The notes under the pieces: generated by a model
Seen by the model: only the letters and a program-made list of their open reading frames with translations
Database searches by the model: none
What the model was told of the DNA's origin: nothing
Shown: piece by piece, positions 31,048 through 41,845 of the stretch
Numbering within the stretch: the first letter of the stretch is position 1
Layout of the letters: every line of letters begins with the position of its first letter
Program-made: the position numbers and the translations under genes
Source: an uncultured Bacillota bacterium
Lineage (GTDB): Bacteria > Bacillota_I > Bacilli_A > RF39 > UBA660
Length of the DNA stretch: 58,226 nt
Reading direction: 5' to 3'
NCBI GenBank assembly: GCA_947168485.1
Contig: CAMVLZ010000006.1
Span: 1-58,226, forward strand

Positions 31048-32703
31048 TTAATCAATCTCCTTAAATTTCTTGTATAGTTCAATTCTTTCTTTTATTTTGT
31101 CTATACCTAGTATTTGCATTATTGAGTATAGATCAGGAGATGCTGTTCTTCCAGTAATTACTACTCTAAATATTTCACAAACATCACCAACATGACCTTT
31201 ATATGCATCAGGAGCTTTCTTAAACTCTTTATTATTTGATGCATATCCATTATTAACAGAGAATTCTTTTACTCCTTCGAACCATTCTTCATTAGTTTGT
31301 TTTAAATTTAGAGTTTCTACATATTTCTCCATTAATGCAATATCATAATTTTTCTCAGAAGTTAATTTAGAATAATTTTCTTTTATAAATAATTCATCTA
31401 TCGCATATGAAAATTCTTCTCTAACATCTGAATATTTTGAAATATCTTTTCTAGGTCTAGCAGAATCTTTTTCAATACTTAGAAATTTAATCATATTCTC
31501 TTTATTTTCTTCTAATAATTTTGCATATTCTTTATCATGTCTTTTAGCCCAATTAAGTGTTTCTTCAAAAACATCTTCTCCACTCTTATGAGAGAAATAT
31601 GTCTTAGAAATATTATTTAATTTATCTAAATCAAATAATGTTCCACCTATTGCCATTTTATCAAAAGTAAAAGTAAAATCATCTATAGTCTTATCAGAGT
31701 TTTGTAAATACCATTCTTCGAAATTAGAATTAAGTATTGTTGCTAGATAAAGTTTAACTGCATCAATAGGAATTCCAACTTCATCGTAATATGATACTTT
31801 AGCTTCAGGATCTTTTCTTTTACTTAATTTTCTAATATTTCCATTTTCTTTTTTAGTAATAGCTGCTGTATGTACATATTCTGGTCTTTTAAAACCTAAT
31901 ATATCGAATAATTGTACATGTAGAGGAATACTTGATACCCATTCATCACCTCTAATAACATGTGTTGTATGCATTAAGTGATCATCTATAACATGAGCTA
32001 AATGATATGTAGGAGTTCCATCTTTCTTAAGTAATACTATATCCATATCATTTTCTGGGAATTTAATTTTTCCTTTAACACAGTCAACTATTTCTACTTC
32101 ATTTTTATCATTTCCAGGACTTTTTAATCTAATTACATATTCTTCTCCTTGAGATATTTTATTTTCAATCTCATCTAGAGAAAGATCACGATCTTGAGCA
32201 TATACTCCATAAATACCTAATTTAGTTTTATTAATTTCTTGCTCTTCACGTATATCAGCTATTTCTTCTTCAGTCATAAAACATGGATAAGCATATCCTT
32301 GTTTAATTAAATCTTTTACATAAGTTTGATATATTTCAGTTCTTTCACTTTGGATATAAGGACCATAATTTCCACCTACTCTAGATGATTCATCTGGAAT
32401 TATATCAAAAGCATCTAAATCATTAAAAATACCATCAACACCATTTTCTACACTTCTTTTTTGATCAGTATCTTCAATTCTTAAAAAGAATATACCATTA
32501 CTTTGTTTAGCAAATACACTATCACAAAATGATCCAAATAAACTACCCATATGAACAAAACCAGTAGGACTAGGTCCAAATCTAGTAACCATTGCTCCAT
32601 CAGGTAAATCTCTTTCAGGATACTTTTCTTCATAGTAATTTCTATCTTTATCTATATTTGGAAATAATAATTCAGCTAATTTATTTCTATCTTCTTGATT
32701 CAT
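31048..32703 (-). CDS. gltX: Glutamate--tRNA ligase
   Basis: RFGPSPTGFVHMG, RIEDTD, THVIRGDEW and KLSKR motifs. Confidence 0.95.
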   Translation of the reverse strand: MNQEDRNKLAELLFPNIDKDRNYYEEKYPERDLPDGAMVTRFGPSPTGFVHMGSLFGSFCDSVFAKQSNGIFFLRIEDTDQKRSVENGVDGIFNDLDAFDIIPDESSRVGGNYGPYIQSERTEIYQTYVKDLIKQGYAYPCFMTEEEIADIREEQEINKTKLGIYGVYAQDRDLSLDEIENKISQGEEYVIRLKSPGNDKNEVEIVDCVKGKIKFPENDMDIVLLKKDGTPTYHLAHVIDDHLMHTTHVIRGDEWVSSIPLHVQLFDILGFKRPEYVHTAAITKKENGNIRKLSKRKDPEAKVSYYDEVGIPIDAVKLYLATILNSNFEEWYLQNSDKTIDDFTFTFDKMAIGGTLFDLDKLNNISKTYFSHKSGEDVFEETLNWAKRHDKEYAKLLEENKENMIKFLSIEKDSARPRKDISKYSDVREEFSYAIDELFIKENYSKLTSEKNYDIALMEKYVETLNLKQTNEEWFEGVKEFSVNNGYASNNKEFKKAPDAYKGHVGDVCEIFRVVITGRTASPDLYSIMQILGIDKIKERIELYKKFKEID

Positions 32704-32792
32704 AAATTTATACACCTCATTTGAATTACATTATAATAATACACTAATTCATATAAAAAATAAAGAAAATTATGTACTATATAAATATAAAA

Positions 32793-32867
32793 TGGTTGCC
32801 CCAGTTAGATTCGAACTAACGCATATCAGGGTCAGAGCCTGCTGCCTTACCACTTGGCTATGGGGCA
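32793..32867 (-). tRNA. tRNA-Gln(CTG)
   Basis: Reverse complement TGCCCCA...GCAGG-CTCTGAC-CCTGA...TTCGAAT...TGGGGCA-ACCA. Confidence 0.93.
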
Positions 32868-32924
32868 ATTTAACTTAACTTATTATAACATATTTTTCAT
32901 AAAAAAAACAAAGCAAAAGCTTTG

Positions 32925-33644
32925 TTATACTATTTTAAAAATTATATATAAAATTATAAATACAATTATCATTGAAATTATATAAGTATATCCATATTTA
33001 TTATCATCTTTAACTGAAATAAACTTTATACCTGAGAACAAATATATATTACTAAGTATAAATACAAATAATAATACAATTAAAGATAATTTAAATGATA
33101 TAAAACTAATTATAGTACATAATACTAAGAATATAGTTGGTAGTACTGTATTTATTGAATATAGACAAAATACTCTTTTAATATTAGATTTAGATTTAAA
33201 TAATAGTAAATTAACTAAGTATATTGATAGTACTGTTAATCCACTAACTATTATTATAAATAAGATTGCTATTAAGAATATATTTAAATAAGGAATATGT
33301 GTCTGTAGAGCAACATTATTAATATTAGCATTATATATAGCAGTAAAATACTCTTTTGTAATTACTCCATATAATACATATAAACTTTTAGCAATACTTA
33401 AGATATATATTGAAAAAGCTAATATAAATAATACTATCTGTGTAGATGCTATTACTAGATTAGGTTTATTAGTATATGTTTTAATAGTATCTATTGGTTT
33501 AGTAAATATACTCTTGTAGATCTCTATAAATTCATTTAAGTATTTTTTAGTATTTAATTTTTTTTCAGTTTTCTTTCCAGCTTGACAATTACATTTCTCA
33601 TTCTTTTCTAATAATTTACCACATTTAGAACAATATTTAGCCAT
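32925..33644 (-). CDS. Zinc-ribbon plus Yip1-like multi-TM membrane protein
   Basis: CSKCG...CNC N-terminus; about five TM helices. Confidence 0.7.
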   Translation of the reverse strand: MAKYCSKCGKLLEKNEKCNCQAGKKTEKKLNTKKYLNEFIEIYKSIFTKPIDTIKTYTNKPNLVIASTQIVLFILAFSIYILSIAKSLYVLYGVITKEYFTAIYNANINNVALQTHIPYLNIFLIAILFIIIVSGLTVLSIYLVNLLLFKSKSNIKRVFCLYSINTVLPTIFLVLCTIISFISFKLSLIVLLFVFILSNIYLFSGIKFISVKDDNKYGYTYIISMIIVFIILYIIFKIV

Positions 33645-33653
33645 ATTAACCTC

Positions 33654-34796
33654 CTAATTATTAAAATAATAATTTAAATTATTAATATCATATATTTTAT
33701 ATTTATCATTTTCTTTTTTTACTATAAATTCAATATTATCTTCCTTAGTCTTTTCTTTAATATTACCATATTGATTAATCTTATATTTATATTTTATAAT
33801 TATATTTATTTTTACATTCTTATCTAATCTTGTAGATAGTAATCGATAATCTTTTACTTTAAAATCTTTTAATTGTGAATAATATACATTAGTAGTTACT
33901 AATAAGTCATTATATATATCTTTTACTTTAGAATCTTTTGTTAATGTAAGTTTTTTAGATACAGATTTATATGAATTAGACTTAATAGAGTTTTTATATA
34001 AGGCTTCTAATTGCCCTACTAATTGTTTTGTTAATTGAGTAGATGTTTGTTTAGGTAGATATAGATTATTTATATGAGAATTAGAATTTTTATTTTGTAC
34101 AAATATCTTTGATTCTAGATCCATATTTTTATATTTAACAGTTACTTTATATTCTCCTATAAATATTTTTTTTATTATATATACATTATATTTTTTATTA
34201 TTAGCTTTAAGTTCTTTATTAGTTAATTTAATTCCATCTAATTTTATATTATATTCTTTAGGTACTGATAATTTATAATTATTAGAAATTACTTTATTCG
34301 TTTTAACTTTCCAATTAGTATAAAATATATATTTTTTACCTTTATTTATTAATACTATTTGTTTTGTTTGATGTTTTTTATTCTTTTTAGTTATGTAACT
34401 TATAGTAATAATTGCTTCTTCTTTATTTTTACTATAATTAATATCTTGTACTGTATAATTTATTACTTTAGATAATTCTTTATCTTTTTCTATTACTTTT
34501 TTAAATGTATTAGGATTAATAAACTTAGATTCAGTAGCATCTATATACTTAAATCCTTTTATATTATCTTGTGTAATTAATGATTCAAAATACTTAATAG
34601 CAATATTTCTTTCATTATATTTTTCTTTTAATATTATTAATGTTAATGAAGTTATAATTAATAATATTATTAATATAGTAATAATAATTTGTTTATTAAT
34701 ACTTATTTTCTTAGGAGAATATTTTAATTCATTACCACAGTTGGGACAATATTTTCTTTTAAATATAATCTTTTTATTACATTTAGAACATTTCAT
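33654..34796 (-). CDS. Zinc-ribbon, single-TM TcaA-like protein
   Basis: CSKC...CPNCG, TM, extracellular beta-rich domains. Confidence 0.65.
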   Translation of the reverse strand: MKCSKCNKKIIFKRKYCPNCGNELKYSPKKISINKQIIITILIILLIITSLTLIILKEKYNERNIAIKYFESLITQDNIKGFKYIDATESKFINPNTFKKVIEKDKELSKVINYTVQDINYSKNKEEAIITISYITKKNKKHQTKQIVLINKGKKYIFYTNWKVKTNKVISNNYKLSVPKEYNIKLDGIKLTNKELKANNKKYNVYIIKKIFIGEYKVTVKYKNMDLESKIFVQNKNSNSHINNLYLPKQTSTQLTKQLVGQLEALYKNSIKSNSYKSVSKKLTLTKDSKVKDIYNDLLVTTNVYYSQLKDFKVKDYRLLSTRLDKNVKINIIIKYKYKINQYGNIKEKTKEDNIEFIVKKENDKYKIYDINNLNYYFNN

Positions 34797-34859
34797 ATTA
34801 TTCTCCTTTCTATTATTAATTTAATTATAACATAAAAAAAAGAATATTTTACTATTCTT

Positions 34860-35378
34860 TTATTCAATAACTAAAATATCTTCTTTATACTTTTTAGATG
34901 TATTAATAATATCTTTTTTCTTGTTTTTATCAAAGTAGAAGTATATTGGTGTATTAGTTAGTATTACAACTGTATTTTTTCTTACTACGATTGCTTCTAT
35001 TTGATCCCAATTTAGAGTCATTTTAATTCCATAATAAGATGCATCTGTAATACCATGTTCATTTATTTCTACTTCATTTTTAAATTTTACTTTCTTACGA
35101 CCTCTATATCCCATTAGTACTACTATAAATACTGCGAGTAAATATAGTGCTGCACAGAATATTGCCATCATTGATAAGAATATTGATAAATTTGTTCTTA
35201 ATATAGCAAATATTGCACTTACTAATAAAATTATAATAGTTACATATAAAGTATGTTCAGTATAAGTATAATCAGTATTCTTTTTATACTTTAAAATATA
35301 ATTTTTGTTTAGGTTTACTCCCATTGATTCATTCATGCAAGTAAAATAATTCTTTTTAATATTACTCTTAATCTTCAT
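34860..35378 (-). CDS. Two-TM protein with YcxB-like C-terminal domain
   Basis: INEHGI...LNWDQIEAI pattern after two TMs. Confidence 0.55.
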   Translation of the reverse strand: MKIKSNIKKNYFTCMNESMGVNLNKNYILKYKKNTDYTYTEHTLYVTIIILLVSAIFAILRTNLSIFLSMMAIFCAALYLLAVFIVVLMGYRGRKKVKFKNEVEINEHGITDASYYGIKMTLNWDQIEAIVVRKNTVVILTNTPIYFYFDKNKKKDIINTSKKYKEDILVIE

Positions 35379-35413
35379 AAAAATACCTCTCTATTCTTAA
35401 TATTATTTTATTA

Positions 35414-36289
35414 TTATTTATCAAAATAATCAATAGTTTTTATGTAATTCTTTTTTTTAGTACTTGATTTTATATGTTCTCCAATTATATCTGTAACATC
35501 CATTATAGATATAAATGCACTATTATCTAGATTACTTACTAAACGTTTTAATTCAAATATTTCTATTCTTGTTAATACACAGTATAGTACTTCTTTGTCT
35601 CCTGAGATAAATCCTCTTCCGTTTAATAATGTACATGTTCTACCTAGTTGTTTATATATTTCTTTAGAAAGAGATGTTCCTTTATCTGTTACTATTAGAG
35701 CTGCTTTTGTTTGATCTAGTCCAGATGATACCATATCTACTACTTTTGATGTTATAAAGTACGTTAATATTGAATAAAGTGCTCTATCTAGTCCAAATAA
35801 TGTACCTGCTAAGGAATAGATAAATAAATTAAATATTAGTACTATTGAACCTACTCCTAAATTTAATTTCTTTGATAATACTATAGCAACTGCTTCAGTA
35901 CCATCTATAGCTCCACCTACTCTTATAACTGTTCCTACTCCAATTCCTAGGATTGCTCCTCCAAAACATGTTGCTAATAACATTTCGTCTGTTATAGGTT
36001 TTAAAAATTCTAATAATTCTAAAACTATAGAGAATAATATCATTGCATATAATGTTCTTATTAAGAATACTTTACCTAATCTTTTATATCCTACATAGAT
36101 AAATGGAATATTAATAATACATACTAATAATCCTAATGGAAGATGGGATAATTTATTAATAATAATAGATATACCTACAACTCCACCATCTAAGATAGTA
36201 TTAGGTATTAATAAAGAACGTAGAGCAAATGCTGCTACTATAGCACCTATAGTTAAAAATATGTATGATAATAATTTGTTTTCTTTCAT
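35414..36289 (-). CDS. YitT family membrane protein
   Basis: PNTILDGGVVGISI, GGAIDGTE and LGRTCT...DNSAFI motifs. Confidence 0.9.
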   Translation of the reverse strand: MKENKLLSYIFLTIGAIVAAFALRSLLIPNTILDGGVVGISIIINKLSHLPLGLLVCIINIPFIYVGYKRLGKVFLIRTLYAMILFSIVLELLEFLKPITDEMLLATCFGGAILGIGVGTVIRVGGAIDGTEAVAIVLSKKLNLGVGSIVLIFNLFIYSLAGTLFGLDRALYSILTYFITSKVVDMVSSGLDQTKAALIVTDKGTSLSKEIYKQLGRTCTLLNGRGFISGDKEVLYCVLTRIEIFELKRLVSNLDNSAFISIMDVTDIIGEHIKSSTKKKNYIKTIDYFDK

Positions 36290-36367
36290 AAGACTTCTTC
36301 CTATTCTATATAAATTATAATATTTTTAATAATTTTTTACAACCTAAAAATAGAGATAATTCTCTAT

Positions 36368-37636
36368 TTATTTTTTAGGTATAATTGTAAAACTAACTCC
36401 TTTTTTCTCATTCTTAATAAATATATCATAATTCATTAAATTAAGTGTTTTCTTTACTATTGATAATCCTAGTCCAAATTGTCCTTTAACACCTTTTCTA
36501 AAAGGAGTAAATATTCCTTCTAGTAAATTATCATCTATTTTTTCTCCATCATTATATAGTATTACTCTATTATTTTTTAGAGTAACTTTTATCTCTTTTT
36601 GAGCATATCTAATAAAATTACTTAATAAATTATCTAGAATAGTTTCCCAATTATCTATAGTTCCATAATACTTAGATTTTTTATCAGATTCTACAATAAA
36701 ATTAATCTCTTTATTAGTAAATTTAAATTTATTAACTTCTTCTTCTACTATTTTTCTTAAATCTACTTCTTCTATATCAAATTTTTCTATTCCTTTTAAA
36801 TAATCTAATTTATTTAAATATAATAATGATTGTACTTTTTGTTCTAATTTATTAGTTTGTTCTTTAATTACTTCTAATGCTTTATCATTATCTTCTATAC
36901 CATCATCCACTGCTTCTATATATGATTTTATTACAGATATTGGTGTTTTAAAATCATGAGATATATTTTGATACATTTGATTTCTTATTTCTCCTTGATT
37001 TTTAAGAGAAAGTCTCATATCTTCTATAGCTAGAGATAATGATTTTATTTCATCATCTACTTCAAAATTAATATTATGATTAAAATCATCATTATCTATA
37101 TTATCTATTTTTAATTTTAGTTTTTCTATCTTTCTAACTATCATAGTTGACCATAGTACTAATAATATTCCTATTATTAAGAATGTTAATATTACTATTG
37201 GAAAGATTTTAGAAATCATTTTAGTTTTTTCTTCTTTAATATATGTATCATCTGTTAAAGCTATTCTTATTTCATCATTAATTTTAATTTTATAGTAATA
37301 GTATGTTTTATTATAATAAACAAATTTACCTTGTTCTTCTCTCATTTTATTAGTTAAATCTTTAATATCTTTATATCTTATGATATCTTGAATATTTTCT
37401 GATGTTGATACTACATCATTATTTATATCGATATAGGCTATTTTAGTATTTAGTAGTGATTTGTCTACTTGATCATTCATAATACGAAGAGGTTCTCTTA
37501 AATAACTATATATATTTGATTCTAATACTGGCATTATCATTCTAGGTAGTACTATTCCTAAAGATGTAATTATTATTACACATGCTACTGCGACTACCCA
37601 TAGTAATTGATTACTTAATTTAAATGTTTTATTCAT
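36368..37636 (-). CDS. Sensor histidine kinase (HAMP-HisKA-HATPase; CssS-like)
   Basis: DDEI..L, QNISHDFKTP, NLLSNFIRYA and GQFGLGLSIV motifs. Confidence 0.9.
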   Translation of the reverse strand: MNKTFKLSNQLLWVVAVACVIIITSLGIVLPRMIMPVLESNIYSYLREPLRIMNDQVDKSLLNTKIAYIDINNDVVSTSENIQDIIRYKDIKDLTNKMREEQGKFVYYNKTYYYYKIKINDEIRIALTDDTYIKEEKTKMISKIFPIVILTFLIIGILLVLWSTMIVRKIEKLKLKIDNIDNDDFNHNINFEVDDEIKSLSLAIEDMRLSLKNQGEIRNQMYQNISHDFKTPISVIKSYIEAVDDGIEDNDKALEVIKEQTNKLEQKVQSLLYLNKLDYLKGIEKFDIEEVDLRKIVEEEVNKFKFTNKEINFIVESDKKSKYYGTIDNWETILDNLLSNFIRYAQKEIKVTLKNNRVILYNDGEKIDDNLLEGIFTPFRKGVKGQFGLGLSIVKKTLNLMNYDIFIKNEKKGVSFTIIPKK

Positions 37637-38292
37637 TGTAATCTATATCCATATCCATATATAGCAGTTAAATTTAGTTTAGGCATCTTCTTTCTTAATC
37701 TTCTTACTAGATCATCTACTACTCTATCAGAACCAAAATAGTCATTTCCCCATACATTATTTAATATTTCATCTCTTGAAAAGGACTTAGATTTATTATT
37801 TATAAATAGTAATAATAGATCAAACTCTAAATTAGTTAATTTAATCTCTTTATCATGTTCTGTTACTATTCGTTTATCTATATCTATTAAATAATCTTCG
37901 TAATTGATTTGTTTACTTTTAGTGTTTTTATATACTCTTTTAATCATATTATTAACTCTTAATACTAATTCTTTTGGAGAATATGGTTTTGTTAGATAAT
38001 CATCACTACCTAGTTCTAATCCTAATATTTTATCTAATTCTTGATCTCTTGCTGAAGTAAATATTACTGGAACTTGTTCATCTTTCTTTCTAATTTCTCT
38101 TATTATGTCATATCCATTAATATCATCACTTAACATTATATCTAATATCCATAAATCTGCTTTTTTACCAATATAATTAAGAGCATCATTTCCTTTAGAA
38201 AAGACTATACATTCATACTTTTCTTTTTCTAAATATAGTTTTATTAAGTTTGCTAGATCTTGTTCATCTTCTACTAAACAAATTGTATACAT
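37633..38292 (-). CDS. OmpR-family response regulator (CssR-like)
   Basis: LVEDE, WILDIML, DDYLTKPY and DRVVDDLVRRLRKK motifs. Confidence 0.92.
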   Translation of the reverse strand: MYTICLVEDEQDLANLIKLYLEKEKYECIVFSKGNDALNYIGKKADLWILDIMLSDDINGYDIIREIRKKDEQVPVIFTSARDQELDKILGLELGSDDYLTKPYSPKELVLRVNNMIKRVYKNTKSKQINYEDYLIDIDKRIVTEHDKEIKLTNLEFDLLLLFINNKSKSFSRDEILNNVWGNDYFGSDRVVDDLVRRLRKKMPKLNLTAIYGYGYRLQ

Positions 38293-38387
38293 ATAATCAC
38301 CTACTCATTAATAATATATCATAATTGTGTTATTACTATGATAAAATTATGTGAAATTATAAAAAAAACTATATAAAAAATATATAG

Positions 38388-39401
38388 TTATTTTAAATTA
38401 TTTAATTTATTAATTGCTTCTTCTAAAGTTTTTACTTCAATTAATTTAATTTTTAATTTATGTTTTTTTACTACTTTTTTTGCATCTTTATAGTTTTCTC
38501 CTGCAGGTACTAAGAAATAATCTGCTTTTTTATTAGCTCCCAAAACTTTATATTCGATACCACCTATAGTACCAATAGAACCATCTTCTTCCATAGTTCC
38601 AGTACCAGCAATTGTCTTTCCTTTAGTAATGTCTTCTTTTACTAGTTTATTATAAATACTAAGAGCAGTTATTAATCCTCCAGATGGACCTGCTTCATTA
38701 ACAGCAAATTTAACATTTACTTTAGGATCTGTTTCATATTCATTAACAGTAGTAGCATAGATTCCTACTATCTTAGAATTATCTTTATCTTTATATATTT
38801 TTGCTGTAATAGTTTTTTCTTTATTATTTCTTAATAACTTAAATGAAATAGTATCTCCTACTTTATATTTATCAATTTCATTTCTAATATCAGTAATATC
38901 AGTAATTTTTTTATTATTTACTTCTACTAATTCATCTCCTACTTCAAAATCATTTTTATATTTAGGGTTTTTAGTTAAGATAAAATATTTTTTACTGATT
39001 AGGTTTACTTCTTTATTAGCAAGTTTATATGCATTGTATATAGCATTATTACTTGATTGATTTAAATATATTTTATTTCTTTCATTTATTTCTTCTACTG
39101 ATTCTTCTTCAGTATATTTATAATTATCTTCTTTTTCTCTAGTCCATGAAGGAATAATATAAGAAAGTAGATAAGATACTACTGTTCCATTTAATTCAGT
39201 TACATAACTTATATTAAATGTTCCTTTTTCTTGGTATGCATTATCTACTTCTACTCTTTTTCCTATATTTTTTATTCCTCCTCCAGTAATTATATAGTAA
39301 TTAACTGGATATAAAGATATTATTGTTATTAATAATAAGACTATTAGAAATTTATATTCTTCTTTTATGAATTTTATTGTATTGTTAATTATTTTTTTCA
39401 T
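38388..39401 (-). CDS. PDZ-domain Lon-like serine protease (YlbL/SepM family)
   Basis: GPSGGL, IAGTGT and IGGIEYKV motifs plus PDZ region. Confidence 0.88.
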   Translation of the reverse strand: MKKIINNTIKFIKEEYKFLIVLLLITIISLYPVNYYIITGGGIKNIGKRVEVDNAYQEKGTFNISYVTELNGTVVSYLLSYIIPSWTREKEDNYKYTEEESVEEINERNKIYLNQSSNNAIYNAYKLANKEVNLISKKYFILTKNPKYKNDFEVGDELVEVNNKKITDITDIRNEIDKYKVGDTISFKLLRNNKEKTITAKIYKDKDNSKIVGIYATTVNEYETDPKVNVKFAVNEAGPSGGLITALSIYNKLVKEDITKGKTIAGTGTMEEDGSIGTIGGIEYKVLGANKKADYFLVPAGENYKDAKKVVKKHKLKIKLIEVKTLEEAINKLNNLK

Positions 39402-39416
39402 AGTAGTCTCCTTTTA

Positions 39417-40964
39417 TTATTCTTCATCGTCATCACTTTCGTCATCGGGTTCAATAACCCCATATAATTGAATATAGAAATTATCTTCAGACCAGGTCAT
39501 ATTATTTACAATTCTTTTGTCTATTCTAATTCTAAATTTAGTAGTTGCTTTAAATGAAGTACCTTTTCCTGATCCAATGTACAAGTTTTTATTCCAACTT
39601 GGGTCATTATCAATTACTTTTTTTGCAGTTATTTCACCGTTTTCATCTACGGCATATTCATAACTATCTTGAACTAGTTCGTGTTGGATGTTTGTTTGAT
39701 GTAATCTTTTGCCTTTTTCCCAACTAAAATTAATACCATTGATTATGTTATTTGAGTAATCTACTACTGATATAGCATTTGACATGTTAGCTATGTTATT
39801 TAAGAATAAATTATCTTCAGTATGTTCTGCAGCTTCTGTTGATATAGCGATAATCAATGGTGTTTTTGGTACTAGTTTATCAAATACATTAACTTCTGGA
39901 TCTTCAGGTTCAGCTGTACCTTCTTCTGGATCTGGATCTAATAGATCATCTGGGTCAGGTTCTTCTTCCTCATCTTCTCCTGATAAAACAATATCATCAG
40001 TTGACCAATAGCAATAATTAGCATCACATTGTTTACTCTTCTTAAATGAATCTTTAAATATATCTAATGATATAGCATATGGAACTATTTCATCTAATAC
40101 AAATCCGTGACATTGAAGTGGGAATTCTTCTTCTGGTTCATCTTCTGAGTTTTCTTCTATTTCTAAATCATCTAATGTATTAACATATGCTTGATCTATA
40201 GATGTTGGAGTAATTATATATATACCATATTTTTGTTTAACATCAGGATTATCAAATCTAATATCTAATTTTAAGAAATCATTACTCTTATCTATATTTA
40301 TATTACCTATTTTAGTTTGATAAATTTTATCTTTATTTTGAAGTTCATATCCAAATGAATCAAAATCTATTGAATCAACTGTACCGCTTTTAAATCGATT
40401 TTGAGTTTTTCCAACCGAAGAAGTTGAAATTATGTTTGCTGGTTCTCCATATCCTATGAAGAATTTATCTCCATAGTGAGTAGCTGCGGATTCAATATTA
40501 TAATTATTTACTTGTTTTAATATTCTTAATTCTTTAGTTATACCATTTTTAAAGTTAAATGTAATTACTTGAACTGAAGTGGCATTTGAGTAGAAAATAT
40601 TGTCTTTTACTCTTGCACTATCATTATATGAACTGTTACCTGGTACACATGTCCAAGTTTCAGCTTCAAAAGTATTACAATCAGCTTGATATAAATCTTT
40701 TGGAGTATCTGTAACTGTCTTTGAAACAGCTTTTTTACTACCATTTATTGATATTGATTGTAGACCATATTCTACTATATCTCCTAGTATTCTTTTTGTT
40801 AATTGTGATTTTTGTGTTTGAATTTCTAATTTTTGTTCTTCTGTATCTCTGGTTGCGGATATAGTATCTAATATATTATAAAGAGATACTGTTATTAAAG
40901 CAGCTAGAACAAAACATAATAATATTTCTATAATTGATATTCCTTTATTATTTAATCTTTTCAT
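39417..40964 (-). CDS. Large type IV prepilin-like protein (minor pilin/adhesin)
   Basis: Class III signal NNKG|ISIIEILL with Glu at +5; acidic Pro-rich linkers; paired Cys. Confidence 0.8.
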   Translation of the reverse strand: MKRLNNKGISIIEILLCFVLAALITVSLYNILDTISATRDTEEQKLEIQTQKSQLTKRILGDIVEYGLQSISINGSKKAVSKTVTDTPKDLYQADCNTFEAETWTCVPGNSSYNDSARVKDNIFYSNATSVQVITFNFKNGITKELRILKQVNNYNIESAATHYGDKFFIGYGEPANIISTSSVGKTQNRFKSGTVDSIDFDSFGYELQNKDKIYQTKIGNINIDKSNDFLKLDIRFDNPDVKQKYGIYIITPTSIDQAYVNTLDDLEIEENSEDEPEEEFPLQCHGFVLDEIVPYAISLDIFKDSFKKSKQCDANYCYWSTDDIVLSGEDEEEEPDPDDLLDPDPEEGTAEPEDPEVNVFDKLVPKTPLIIAISTEAAEHTEDNLFLNNIANMSNAISVVDYSNNIINGINFSWEKGKRLHQTNIQHELVQDSYEYAVDENGEITAKKVIDNDPSWNKNLYIGSGKGTSFKATTKFRIRIDKRIVNNMTWSEDNFYIQLYGVIEPDDESDDDEE

Positions 40965-40966
40965 AA

Positions 40967-41752
40967 TTACCCCCTCTTTAACTCTATAGTTGAATATGCA
41001 GACATAAATTTATTTTTTTGGGTTTCACTACTATCATCTGATAATTTTCCATATTCAGCTATTATTCTATATTTTGCGCCTTTTACTGAAGGGTACTTAT
41101 ATGCTGGTAAATAATCAATATATCTCTTAGTATGAGGTGTTATTTCAGAATGGATTTGAAAATATATTAATGGTTTTTCTGTTTGTTTTTTTGGGTCTGT
41201 TTCATATAGATCTAATTCTTTCTGACTTAATTTTTTTCCTAGTGATGTTTTTTCCATCTTACCATTAACTTTAGTAACATTTGCGGCTTTTTCAAACATA
41301 CCTACATAAGTTTGATTTGCTGTTTTACCTTTGAATTGTACTACTTTAGCATCTGATTCAGTTTTTACATGTGCTGTTGTTTCTAAATTGTATTTAGTTA
41401 TATATATATGATAACAGTTAGTTGTTGCGATATAACCAAGCATTAAATTCTTATATTCATCTGTTACAAATGGACATGCACTCTTAGTACAATAAAATTC
41501 AAAACCTCCAAATTTATTAATATATTCTTTAATAATATCCCATGAACCATCATCTACTACTTTATCATCTTGAATAAAACGTTTCATCCAATAAGAATTG
41601 TATTTTGAATCTACATCATCAAAGAATTCTCTTTCTTGATATTTACCCCATATTGGATAAAAATTTGCATATATAATTGTAAATATTAGCATTACAAATA
41701 CTGTTACTACAAGTGTTTCTGCTAATACAAAACCTTTTTTATTAATTTTCAT
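40967..41752 (-). CDS. Type IV prepilin-like protein
   Basis: Class III signal NKKG|FVLAETLVV with Glu at +5. Confidence 0.82.
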   Translation of the reverse strand: MKINKKGFVLAETLVVTVFVMLIFTIIYANFYPIWGKYQEREFFDDVDSKYNSYWMKRFIQDDKVVDDGSWDIIKEYINKFGGFEFYCTKSACPFVTDEYKNLMLGYIATTNCYHIYITKYNLETTAHVKTESDAKVVQFKGKTANQTYVGMFEKAANVTKVNGKMEKTSLGKKLSQKELDLYETDPKKQTEKPLIYFQIHSEITPHTKRYIDYLPAYKYPSVKGAKYRIIAEYGKLSDDSSETQKNKFMSAYSTIELKRG

Positions 41753-41845
41753 TTTAACACCCTTTTTCTATTGTTAATTTTCTAAAAATATTATATAATA
41801 AATTATAGTAAATTACCATAGAAAGAATTAAAAGGGGTATAATGT

